A stretch of DNA of 33,542 nucleotides from Bacteroidota bacterium (GCA_028288545.1 JAQBNQ010000298.1:1-33542), one strand, 5' to 3'; numbered from the stretch's first letter, positions 1 to 16,739 are shown. The notes: generated by a model not told the origin, from the sequence alone. Numbers and translations are program-made.

Positions 1-4128
<4,128 letters not shown>

Positions 4129-4140
4129 AATTTTTAAACC

Positions 4141-4163
4141 GGGCAGGGCCGCGGGCCCTGCTT
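4141..4163 (+). terminator. GC-rich hairpin just after the fibre gene stop (possible weak or partial terminator)
   Basis: gcagggcc (4143-4150) pairs with ggccctgc (4154-4161) around loop gcg. Only a 2-nt T tail follows before an A-run, so it may be an attenuating or stabilising hairpin rather than a full terminator. Confidence 0.35.
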
Positions 4164-4176
4164 AAAAAAATAAATT

Positions 4177-4872
4177 ATGAAAAAGAAAAATTTTATAACC
4201 CTTATGGCAATAGTTGCTCTGGGTTTATCTGCAAACGCACAGCAAGCGGATGCAAAAGTTACTCAAGCTTCTTTAAAAGGTGCTGGTAACAAAAATTTTG
4301 CTGCTGAACATTCACGTTCGGTTGATCAGAAAATAGCTGAAGAAAAAGCAGCCCGCCAGGCAAAAACAGCCGAATTGCAGAAAAAGCGTTCGGAAGAAGT
4401 TACGGCTAAGGCTAAAAAAGACAGAGTTATGATGACTCCACAAAAGTCTAATGCACCTGCTCAAAAAGCTACCCAAACCGCAGAGGTAAAGACTGTAACT
4501 CCGGTTTCAGCTCAACCACATGTAGCAACCGTTAAGCCTGTAAGAGACGAAGCGGCTATACGTGCAAATGCTGAAAAGCAAAGAGCACAAAAGGCACAAA
4601 ACGTTCAGAAGCCTGTAAGCAAGACTTCTAATAAGGTTGTAGCGCCTTCTTCAAAAGACACAAGGGTTCAAAACACTACAGCAGCTACAACAACAACTGC
4701 CTCAGTTAATGCTAAGCCTAATATGACTAACGAAGAGCGCGTTGCTCAAATGAACGAGCGCAATGCTGCAATACATGCTAAAGAAAAACAAAATGCAGCT
4801 GCCGCAAATCACGCACCAGTGAAGCCGGTTCAAAAAACATGGCCAACTGAAGAAAAGAAGGCAACTAAGTAG
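4177..4872 (+). CDS. Secreted low-complexity K/A/Q/T-rich protein, probably intrinsically disordered
   Basis: ATG at 4177 with signal peptide MKKKNFITLMAIVALGLSANAQ. The rest is strongly biased (AKAKKD, QKAQNVQKP, TTAATTTTAS) with no recognisable domain. It lies 48 nt downstream of the collagen/C1q gene and is followed by a strong terminator. Confidence 0.6.
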   Translation: MKKKNFITLMAIVALGLSANAQQADAKVTQASLKGAGNKNFAAEHSRSVDQKIAEEKAARQAKTAELQKKRSEEVTAKAKKDRVMMTPQKSNAPAQKATQTAEVKTVTPVSAQPHVATVKPVRDEAAIRANAEKQRAQKAQNVQKPVSKTSNKVVAPSSKDTRVQNTTAATTTTASVNAKPNMTNEERVAQMNERNAAIHAKEKQNAAAANHAPVKPVQKTWPTEEKKATK

Positions 4873-4893
4873 TTGATTTTTAAAGCAATATTT

Positions 4894-4927
4894 AAAAAGG
4901 CCGGCAATTTTGCCGGCCTTTTTTTTA
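4894..4927 (+). terminator. Rho-independent terminator
   Basis: A perfect 13-bp stem, aaaaaggccggca (4894-4906) with tgccggccttttt (4911-4923), encloses loop attt. The T-run continues to ~4926. Confidence 0.85.
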
Positions 4928-5232
4928 TGGTTTATGTTGATATAATTTGTTGCAACAAATACTTTGGAGTTATTGTTTTTTTGTAATTTTAAATAAAGAA
5001 ATACGCTCAAAGGCCGCTCGGAATGACTTGTGCGTATGGAAGGATTCTTTAAACCTAACGTTGGAAACCTTTTTTTTCAAAAAAATCGGATTGCTTTAAC
5101 AGTTGAAGTAGAATTTATTTGTGGCGGTACCCGGCAAGGTTTCGTATTGATGCTTTTGACAAAATAGGGCAATAAGAATTCGAATTTTAACTAATACCCA
5201 TTAACCACATTACTTAACTTAAAACGAAAAAC

Positions 5233-5757
5233 ATGAAAAAAACTTGTCTCATATTTTGCGTGTTGGCGGCGCCTTTTTTTATGAAGGCTCAAATGCTTAC
5301 ACCTACGGTAATATCAAGTACTGGCGGCTTTTCATCTAATGCCAACGGAAGTTTGTCTTACACGGTTGGCGAGATGACAATGGTGCAAACTTTTAGCGCC
5401 AACGGCAATATTCTTACGCAAGGCTTTCAACAACCAACAGATACCAACTTCCTGGGCCTGTTGGACCTCACTCAATCTGACTTTGGTTCTTTTGTTGTTT
5501 ATCCAAATCCGGCTGTAGACATTACTTCGTTCGGATTTCAATTACCAGAAGCAGGGCGGGTTTCGATATCCCTGTATAATGATCTTGGACAAAAGGTTTC
5601 AGACGTTTACAACAGCAATTATGAGAATGGAAAAACTGTTCAGCAAACGGATGTATCGAGATTTGCTTCGGGTATCTATTTCATGACAATGACCTTCACT
5701 GCTGCTAAAGATCAACAAACACACATCATTACTCAAAAACTGCAAATACTTAAGTAA
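5233..5757 (+). CDS. T9SS-sorted mini-protein (174 aa): signal peptide, ~75-aa conserved N-module, Por/T9SS C-terminal sorting domain
   Basis: Signal peptide MKKTCLIFCVLAAPFFMKAQ. The N-module is MLTPTVISSTGGFSSNANGSLSYTVGEMTMVQTFSANGNILTQGFQQP. The C-terminal ~85 aa are VVYPNPAVD...LYNDLGQKV...GIYFMTMTF...QKLQILK, typical of type-A T9SS CTDs. It is a paralogue of 8632..9153. Confidence 0.85.
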   Translation: MKKTCLIFCVLAAPFFMKAQMLTPTVISSTGGFSSNANGSLSYTVGEMTMVQTFSANGNILTQGFQQPTDTNFLGLLDLTQSDFGSFVVYPNPAVDITSFGFQLPEAGRVSISLYNDLGQKVSDVYNSNYENGKTVQQTDVSRFASGIYFMTMTFTAAKDQQTHIITQKLQILK

Positions 5758-5790
5758 CCCCATTATTTTTTCAACCCTAAATTAAGACCA

Positions 5791-8487
<2,697 letters not shown>

Positions 8488-8515
8488 TTGATTTAAGCAA
8501 ATTTCAGAAGGTATT

Positions 8516-8550
8516 AAAACCTCCGCCACAAGCGGAGGTTTTTCTTTTTT
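8516..8550 (+). terminator. Rho-independent terminator
   Basis: aaaacctccgc (8516-8526) pairs with gcggaggtttt (8532-8542) around loop cacaa. A T-rich tail runs to 8550. Confidence 0.85.
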
Positions 8551-8631
8551 ACCATATCTGAGCGGTCTAAAAATATTTTTTGGAAGTATAATTCCAAAAT
8601 ATTTATTTTAACGCCCTAAAATTTAAATATC

Positions 8632-9153
8632 ATGAAGAAATTTTATCTTATTCTTTTAGTAGCTGTATCTACGGGTTTGAAGGCTCAAATGCTAACCCCA
8701 ACCGTAATTTCAAGCACAGGAGGTTTTTCATCTAACGCTAACGGAAGTTTATCTTACACGGTAGGTGAAATGACAATGGTGCAAACCTTTAGCGCCAATG
8801 GTAATATACTTACACAGGGTTTTCAGCAACCAACAGATACCAACTTTTTAGGTTTGCTTGACCTGACACAAAGCGATTTCGGATCTTTTGTTGTTTATCC
8901 AAATCCGGCAGTAGAAGTAACTTCGTTCGGATTTCAATTACCTGAGCCGGGAAAGGTATCCATAGTTCTGTATAATGCTATTGGCCAAAAGGTATCCGAT
9001 TTGTACAGTGCAAATTATGAGAGCGGAAAAACCGTTCAACAAACCAATGTTTCGCGATTTGCAGCGGGAATGTATTTTGTGACTATGACCTTTACTTCAT
9101 TTAAGGATGAGAAGACGCATATTCTTACTCAAAAACTACAGGTAATTAACTAA
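8632..9153 (+). CDS. T9SS-sorted mini-protein (173 aa), paralogue of 5233..5757
   Basis: A signal peptide is followed by the same 78-residue block (KAQMLTPTV...VVYPNPAV), identical at protein level to the first copy. The T9SS CTD has diverged (VSIVLYNAIGQKV...GMYFVTMTF...QKLQVIN). Confidence 0.85.
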   Translation: MKKFYLILLVAVSTGLKAQMLTPTVISSTGGFSSNANGSLSYTVGEMTMVQTFSANGNILTQGFQQPTDTNFLGLLDLTQSDFGSFVVYPNPAVEVTSFGFQLPEPGKVSIVLYNAIGQKVSDLYSANYESGKTVQQTNVSRFAAGMYFVTMTFTSFKDEKTHILTQKLQVIN

Positions 9154-9188
9154 TCACCCATTTATAAAATTCAATTAAAATCAAGTAC

Positions 9189-11105
<1,917 letters not shown>

Positions 11106-11126
11106 TTAGAACCTTATTTAAAATGC

Positions 11127-11158
11127 AAGGGGATGATTTTTGATCATCCCCTTTTTTA
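11127..11158 (+). terminator. Rho-independent terminator
   Basis: ggggatgat (11129-11137) pairs with atcatcccc (11143-11151), followed by tttttt. Confidence 0.8.
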
Positions 11159-11260
11159 TTGCCCTTAATTGATTAAAACTTTACGTAAGCTTGTGATGTT
11201 ACAGTAGCAATTGTCAGATTGCCGCTAAATCTTTTAAAAAAAACGCCGTTAAAAATTATT

Positions 11261-13219
11261 ATGTCCCCCGAACAACATACAACGGAGTTATCAGCCGAAG
11301 CAAAGAATGCAATTATCAGGATCAATGGTTTTTTTAAAAAGATCAGGTATTCCGCCAAAACAGTTGAGGCAAACAGCGAAGCCCCTGGGCCGGTAGTATT
11401 AACAGATGAATTTCTGGAATTTAAGCAATTACTACTTGTACTTATAAAGGATGCAGATTTTACCGTTGCTTTTACACATAGTGGTATTCCGCAGGGAGCA
11501 TCTTTTACTGACGAAACTCTGCGCATTATCAAAAACAAAATTCTGCCTTATCTCCATAGTCCAAAAGAGGCGGGAACTATAATCCGCAGCATTTTCAATC
11601 ATTCCGGTGACCATCAAAGGCTGGTCTCCTTGTTTGCAACCTTTAAACTGCTGACGGATTATTTTGGTGAAGAAGAGAAGAAGGAAATATTAGCACTATT
11701 CAATGTTCAGCTTACTAATGCAGTAAAAATAATTTCATACCGGATCGCTGCACTGGGAATGGATGAAGATGTGTATGTGCGGGCGGGCAAAGACGATGAG
11801 TTGATTACTCCTTTTATGGAACAAAACCGCGAGGTAAATGAGTTGCTCATAAACCTGCAAGAGGGAAGTGCTGAAAAGGCCGCTGAAGATATGGGCCAGA
11901 TAAAAGTAATGATCAGGCAATGCCGGGCAAATATTGCGGTAATTGATAAAGCTGCAGAAAGCAATGGAACCTCATTGCACCAAACCTTTGTGCTGCGCAA
12001 ACTGGAATTATTGATTGAGCGCATGGAGCAGATACTGCCAATAATTTGTTGCGAGGATGTTGAATCGGAGTTTAAAAATTTAAGCGACCTTATTTGCCAT
12101 ATAATTCTGCTTGAAACAAAGCCCAAGAAACTGAGGGATTTTATATCGCGCAATATAAAACTGATATCGTACCGTATAACCGAAAACAAGCGAAAGACCG
12201 GCGAACATTATATATCCTCAACATCTGCCGAATATTGGGAGCTTTTCTTGTCGGCCTGTGGTGGTGGCTTAGTGGTTTCATTTATGGTGATAATTAAATT
12301 GCTGGCCCATGAGGCGGGGCTGCCTTTACTGTGGGAGGCGCTGCTTTATTCGGTGATTTATGCCACAGGCTTTGTGGTAATACAAGCGCTGCACTTTACA
12401 CTGGCTACCAAGCAACCAGCCATGACCGCAGCATATATTGCCGCCTCACTTGATGACATGGGCGATGACAGGTCGCGGCACGAACATTTTGCTGCCACTA
12501 TTGCAATGGTTTCGCGCAGTCAGTTGGTATCTTTTGCCGGGAATTTGCTGGTTGTATTTCCGCTTACGTTGTTATGGGTTTTTCTTATCAGTATTGCTAT
12601 GCACCGTTCTTTCATTGAACCTAAGGCGGGCCAGGAATTGCTCAGCGCGGTACACCCGGCTTATTCTCTTTCCTTTTTGTATGCTTCTATTACAGGTGTG
12701 TTTTTATTTGCGGCGGGTATTATTTCGGGTTTTGGCGATAACAAGGTTGTAGTAAGTAAAATTGGCTTGCGTATAGAAAATCATCCTTCACTGAAAAAGA
12801 GAATTTCGGCAAAACGATTACATGGTATTGCCTCGTACCTGGAAAGAAACTTAGGGCCCTTATTAGGAAATATAATTTTGGGATTTATGTTAGGCTTTGC
12901 AGGGTTATTCGGAAAGATTACGGGTCTTCCGTTTGATATCCGGCACATTACCTTTAGTACGGGAAACATGGCTATGGGGTTTTATGGTGTGGATTTTCAG
13001 ATTACTTTGGGATTACTTTTTGCTTGTATAACGGGCATTTTCATCATTGGGCTTTTTAATTTTGTAATCAGCTTTTACCTGGCGTTACAGGTGGCCGCCC
13101 TTTCACGGGGAATTAGTTTAAAGGATTATCCGGGATTATTGAAAGCAGTATTGCGATACTTTAAACATCATCCAATGCATTTCTTTTTTCCGCCAAAAGC
13201 ACAGAAAAATGCTTTTTGA
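11261..13219 (+). CDS. Large membrane protein (652 aa from ATG 11261): helical soluble N-half plus polytopic C-half. Resembles the Gcr-like 'putative site-specific recombinase transmembrane protein' family (Pfam SpecificRecomb), function unknown
   Basis: The ORF track starts at TTG 11219, and the first ATG is at 11261 (MSPEQH...). The C-half has multiple hydrophobic helices and the conserved-looking motifs TGEHYISSTSAEYW, LATKQPAMTAAYIA and LPFDIRHITFSTGNMA. The family call is from memory of these motifs and was not searched. Confidence 0.8.
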   Translation: MSPEQHTTELSAEAKNAIIRINGFFKKIRYSAKTVEANSEAPGPVVLTDEFLEFKQLLLVLIKDADFTVAFTHSGIPQGASFTDETLRIIKNKILPYLHSPKEAGTIIRSIFNHSGDHQRLVSLFATFKLLTDYFGEEEKKEILALFNVQLTNAVKIISYRIAALGMDEDVYVRAGKDDELITPFMEQNREVNELLINLQEGSAEKAAEDMGQIKVMIRQCRANIAVIDKAAESNGTSLHQTFVLRKLELLIERMEQILPIICCEDVESEFKNLSDLICHIILLETKPKKLRDFISRNIKLISYRITENKRKTGEHYISSTSAEYWELFLSACGGGLVVSFMVIIKLLAHEAGLPLLWEALLYSVIYATGFVVIQALHFTLATKQPAMTAAYIAASLDDMGDDRSRHEHFAATIAMVSRSQLVSFAGNLLVVFPLTLLWVFLISIAMHRSFIEPKAGQELLSAVHPAYSLSFLYASITGVFLFAAGIISGFGDNKVVVSKIGLRIENHPSLKKRISAKRLHGIASYLERNLGPLLGNIILGFMLGFAGLFGKITGLPFDIRHITFSTGNMAMGFYGVDFQITLGLLFACITGIFIIGLFNFVISFYLALQVAALSRGISLKDYPGLLKAVLRYFKHHPMHFFFPPKAQKNAF

Positions 13220-13444
13220 ATCTAAAACAGGATTTAGGCGAAACAATCTAAAACACATGTTCGTTTTAACAATATGTAGCCGTTTCGGTGATTGGAATTT
13301 AGTAAAATTATATTTTTCTTCGCTAGCTTTATAGATTAACATCCTTTGGGGCATATTAGATGAAACAATTTGTCAATTTTAAATTGGCTGTTTGTTTCCT
13401 TAATTGTTGATTCCTCAGACGAGCAATTTAAAGCTACCAGAAAA

Positions 13445-14791
13445 ATGATATTTTTTGATAACATAAGAAATCGGATATCCGAAGCGAAACAATCAAAATC
13501 GTTGTTAGGATGGTTTTTTGATAATGGGTTGTGGAAAACTTCTGCCAGTTCTCCCGAAATAGCCTGTACAAAATTTTTCGGGTTTGCTCTATTGGCTATT
13601 GCGATTCCCCTTGTAATTGTAACAAAGCCAGACCAGACATGGTTTTTAGATATACTGAATATTATGTTTTTGGCCTTTATAATTCTGACCTTGAAATTCA
13701 GGGAGCAGTTTACTCTTTCGCCGGACGACCCTGTGATAAGAAAGATGCTGCATGTAGAAAACTGGAAACAAGAAGATTCAAAGCTGGCTGTAGAGGAGGC
13801 GGCAGAAAATGGTAACCAGGCCATAAGGCAATTTAGTTCAATTAAGCAGTTTTGGATAGGCAGCCTTTTGTTGTATGTTTTAATGCTGGTTAGATCCTTA
13901 ATTACATCCCGCGATCTACGCAACTGGCTAAAAGGCCATCCTCACTATTGGGATATTTCTTACTTGTTTTATTCAACATATCGCGAAAGCATTGATAAAT
14001 TCGGTAACGACGTTTTTCAGATAGGTTCGGTACTGCTTTCAAACTTGGCGGTGTACGGATTAATACTTGGCTTCTATGTATTATATTATCCTTCCACCGG
14101 CTTCAATAATAAAGCGCACAAAGAGAATACTTCGTGGTGCCTGGTGGGTATAGTTGTTTTTTCGATTTTGCATGGATTAATACTTCTGCAATACCTCAAA
14201 ATTGGAACTGACGGAGCGTTTCTCTTCGAAAAAACAGCAATGGATATAACGCTCATGGCGCAGTTTTTTAGTGGGCTTATAAACACGGTTGCCATGGCAT
14301 TTTTTATTGCACGTTTTGCGAGCCCGTTATTGCGTATACCAGCTATCGTTCAAGCCATTCTTTTTCTATACACAATTCTTCAAACAGGGCTAATGATAGT
14401 GCTAATGGATGGTAGCAATAAGGATTTTATTTTTTTACATGATTTGTGGCTGCCCTGGGCGCAAAAAGGGATATTGCTGTTTTGCTTATTCGGTAAGATT
14501 GTATTGTATCTTGTGGTACTCTACTTATATACGACTGGTAAATTATTCTTTTATTTTGTATCCATGAGAGCCTTCAAACGTACCTCCGACCTGGAATGGT
14601 CTGAGATTATAGAAAATATCGGTAATTTCTCGTTTGATGAACGAAAGCTTTATATGCAGTATTATTCAATACAGGTTGATGGCGATAACCACCAGAGGGC
14701 CTATTTAGAAGATTATCCGGAGATTGAAGCGGAAGGCAACAGCATTACACAGATTGAAACTGAATTAAAGAATAAGATTTTGGGAGATTAA
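13445..14791 (+). CDS. Polytopic (~8 TM) membrane protein of unknown function, paralogue of 14809..16410
   Basis: The ORF track starts at TTG 13370, and the first ATG is at 13445 (MIFFDNIRNR). About eight hydrophobic segments are present. The block TLMAQFFSGLINTVAMAFFIARF...ILFLYTILQTGLMIVLMDG...GKIVLYLVVLYLYTTGKLFFYF aligns with the next gene. The C-tail is short and acidic. Confidence 0.8.
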   Translation: MIFFDNIRNRISEAKQSKSLLGWFFDNGLWKTSASSPEIACTKFFGFALLAIAIPLVIVTKPDQTWFLDILNIMFLAFIILTLKFREQFTLSPDDPVIRKMLHVENWKQEDSKLAVEEAAENGNQAIRQFSSIKQFWIGSLLLYVLMLVRSLITSRDLRNWLKGHPHYWDISYLFYSTYRESIDKFGNDVFQIGSVLLSNLAVYGLILGFYVLYYPSTGFNNKAHKENTSWCLVGIVVFSILHGLILLQYLKIGTDGAFLFEKTAMDITLMAQFFSGLINTVAMAFFIARFASPLLRIPAIVQAILFLYTILQTGLMIVLMDGSNKDFIFLHDLWLPWAQKGILLFCLFGKIVLYLVVLYLYTTGKLFFYFVSMRAFKRTSDLEWSEIIENIGNFSFDERKLYMQYYSIQVDGDNHQRAYLEDYPEIEAEGNSITQIETELKNKILGD

Positions 14792-14808
14792 ATGAAAGAT
14801 TAAAAGAG

Positions 14809-16410
14809 ATGAGCGCAACAGGAAGCAATAAGTTGATAACCTTTGGAAGTTGGATGTCGGAAGGGCAGGAGCTGATGGAAAAGCTGCTTGGACCGGTTGT
14901 TTTGTTAACTGAAATATTTCTTACTTTTTGGGAGAAGGTTGATCAGAGAAATATTGCAATTTATGCGATTAATATTTTTTTTATTTCAATGGTTTTATAC
15001 TCCCGGCCACTTAAGCACCTGTTTTATTTAAAAGCGAAACGTCAAAAGATTCCGGATCCACAAGCAAGGTATCACCCTTTAAAGCTAACGTATCAAAATC
15101 TTATCCCTCACGAAAAACTCCAGGAATACACGGAGTATGCGAATCTTTGCATTTTCTATTTTGGTAAAATAAGATGGTTTTGGCGGGTTACGTTATGGTT
15201 GTATGTATTGCTTTTTACTAAAGAAATTTTGGTTAAATCGATAGCTATTGACCTGGGAAATAGCCCTCTGTTTATTAAGATTTTTGACATAATCACAACG
15301 GCTGTTAATACCGGTAGTGCTTACGGGTTAATTCTGTGTTTCTATTCCTTGCATTCTGCGGAACTTCTTTCTAACCGGGATATTACGCCGGAAAAAATGG
15401 CCAGATGGTTTTGGTTTTTCTTCGCCGTACTATTTCTTGTCCATTGTTCAATCTTAAGTTGTGACGTTTCGTGGATCGCCAATAATAAAATTACCTGGTT
15501 ACAAGGCATTACACACTTTGTTATTGATCCTGATAATGTTCACGACATTAACATGTTGGCCCAATTCGGATCGGGTTTGGCGGTGGCGGCATCATTCGCA
15601 TTCCTCGTATCCCGATTCGAAATTACTTTAATGGAAATTCCTATTTATTTTTTGGTGATATTATACCTCTATGCTGCTCTTCAAACATCCTTAGTTTGGG
15701 TACTTATAGATACCGGAGGGAAATTCGGAAAACTGTGGGAGCATTTGCAAAATGCTGTATTAAGTATGTGTCTTTTAGGAAAGGTAGGGTTATATTTAAC
15801 CACCCTGTATATCTATTCTTCAGGTCGGCTGTTTTATTATTTTCTGCGTATCCGGCAGGAACTGATGCCAAGGCAGTTTATTGTATGGAAAGATGCGGCT
15901 AAAGGTATTGGCTGGAACCCGGTTACAATAAGACGTGGTAAATTGTTTCTTGAAGATAAGAAAGAACTAACTGAACGGTTTTCGATATACCAAAAAATGC
16001 TTATAAAGACAGAGCAGCAAAGGCAACTGAGTCGAAGAAACGAGAGAATAAAACTTTGGAAATATCTTCCGGATGATACCTCAGACCAAAAGCTTTCGGA
16101 TAAAAAGAATTCGGAATATTTCAATATTCTAAATGAATTGGATGCGGTTGATACCCATACTCTACGAATTGCGCACCGGTTAGCTGAACAGGAAGGAGGG
16201 ACTATTAATATTTCCGATTTGAAAGAGGAGTTGATGTTTAAGGACGATCTTGTCGAAATTATTCTGAATAAATTAATGACTTTGGGGCTTGTAAGATTTT
16301 GGCCAGAGGGTCTTGCTAAAGCGGGTCCAATTGTACCGTTATTAAGTCATGATAGTTTTCAGTTAACCAGCACCGGCAAAGAGGTGATTGTTGGTTATTT
16401 GGACACCTGA
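14809..16410 (+). CDS. Polytopic (~8 TM) membrane protein with ~190-aa cytoplasmic tail containing a charged linker and a winged-helix-like domain
   Basis: ATG at 14809, 17 nt after the previous stop. The paralogous block is NMLAQFGSGLAVAASFAFLVSRF...ILYLYAALQTSLVWVLIDTG...GKVGLYLTTLYIYSSGRLFYYF. The tail is KKELTERFSIYQKMLIKTEQQRQLSRRNERIK followed by HTLRIAHRLAEQEGGTINISDLKEELMFKDDLVEIILNKLMTLGLVRFW (wHTH-like pattern). Confidence 0.85.
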   Translation: MSATGSNKLITFGSWMSEGQELMEKLLGPVVLLTEIFLTFWEKVDQRNIAIYAINIFFISMVLYSRPLKHLFYLKAKRQKIPDPQARYHPLKLTYQNLIPHEKLQEYTEYANLCIFYFGKIRWFWRVTLWLYVLLFTKEILVKSIAIDLGNSPLFIKIFDIITTAVNTGSAYGLILCFYSLHSAELLSNRDITPEKMARWFWFFFAVLFLVHCSILSCDVSWIANNKITWLQGITHFVIDPDNVHDINMLAQFGSGLAVAASFAFLVSRFEITLMEIPIYFLVILYLYAALQTSLVWVLIDTGGKFGKLWEHLQNAVLSMCLLGKVGLYLTTLYIYSSGRLFYYFLRIRQELMPRQFIVWKDAAKGIGWNPVTIRRGKLFLEDKKELTERFSIYQKMLIKTEQQRQLSRRNERIKLWKYLPDDTSDQKLSDKKNSEYFNILNELDAVDTHTLRIAHRLAEQEGGTINISDLKEELMFKDDLVEIILNKLMTLGLVRFWPEGLAKAGPIVPLLSHDSFQLTSTGKEVIVGYLDT

Positions 16411-16477
16411 AGCTATAAATACTCCCTGTAAAAATTCATTTCAATATTAATTTCATTTGTAGTGAACGCAAAATGAA

Positions 16478-16717
16478 TTGGACAGTGATGGGTTTAAAAA
16501 GCTGGTCAATTATCTTTCCATCAATGAACCGCTTCCTTGCGCGTTTTATCCGGTTTCGCCCACGCCATATTTAAATGGTGGGCCAGAAGATTATTTATCC
16601 CGGATATTGGAGTCCAAATCTATAGATTTTAACCAGGACCGGATGGCTGATTGGCTTGAATCAAGGTTGCCATCGCCGGTTAGCGACCTGGCCCAATGGA
16701 ATGCAGGGGCTAATTAA
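16478..16717 (+). other. Orphan 79-codon reading frame with no in-frame ATG until codon 56; possible small CDS or gene remnant
   Basis: The only candidate start is a TTG. The translation looks protein-like (PEDYLSRILESKSIDFNQDRMADWLESRL) but matches no motif I recognise. Confidence 0.2.
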
Positions 16718-16739
16718 TCCTTTCATTAATGTTTCCCTG

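Noticed and set aside
4702-5010. 102-aa minus-strand ORF spanning the end of the K/A-rich gene, the terminator and the spacer
   Set aside because: It runs straight through a perfect 13-bp terminator hairpin and the 16-bp palindrome. Its translation is low-complexity F/L/C-rich.
11219-11260. N-terminal extensions implied by the TTG starts used in the ORF track (11219, 13370, 23419, 29741, 31367) and the upstream ATGs at 17438 and 29505
   Set aside because: In each case a downstream ATG gives a canonical N-terminus (signal peptide, lipobox or conserved family start). Several of the extensions contain the gene's own -7 promoter box. lspA at 20183 is the exception and was kept.
11173-12189. Minus-strand ORFs 11173..11538 (121 aa), 11432..11617, 11707..12189 (160 aa) and 11735..11920 inside the Gcr-like gene
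   Set aside because: They are antisense to a 652-aa ORF with coherent soluble plus TM architecture. AT-rich coding DNA commonly leaves antisense frames open, and no features support them.
13336-13923. 195-aa minus-strand ORF overlapping the start of the first 8-TM paralogue
   Set aside because: It is antisense to a gene supported by paralogy with 14809..16410. Its translation is S/C/F-rich with no signal or domain features. It spans the intergenic region with no promoter box.
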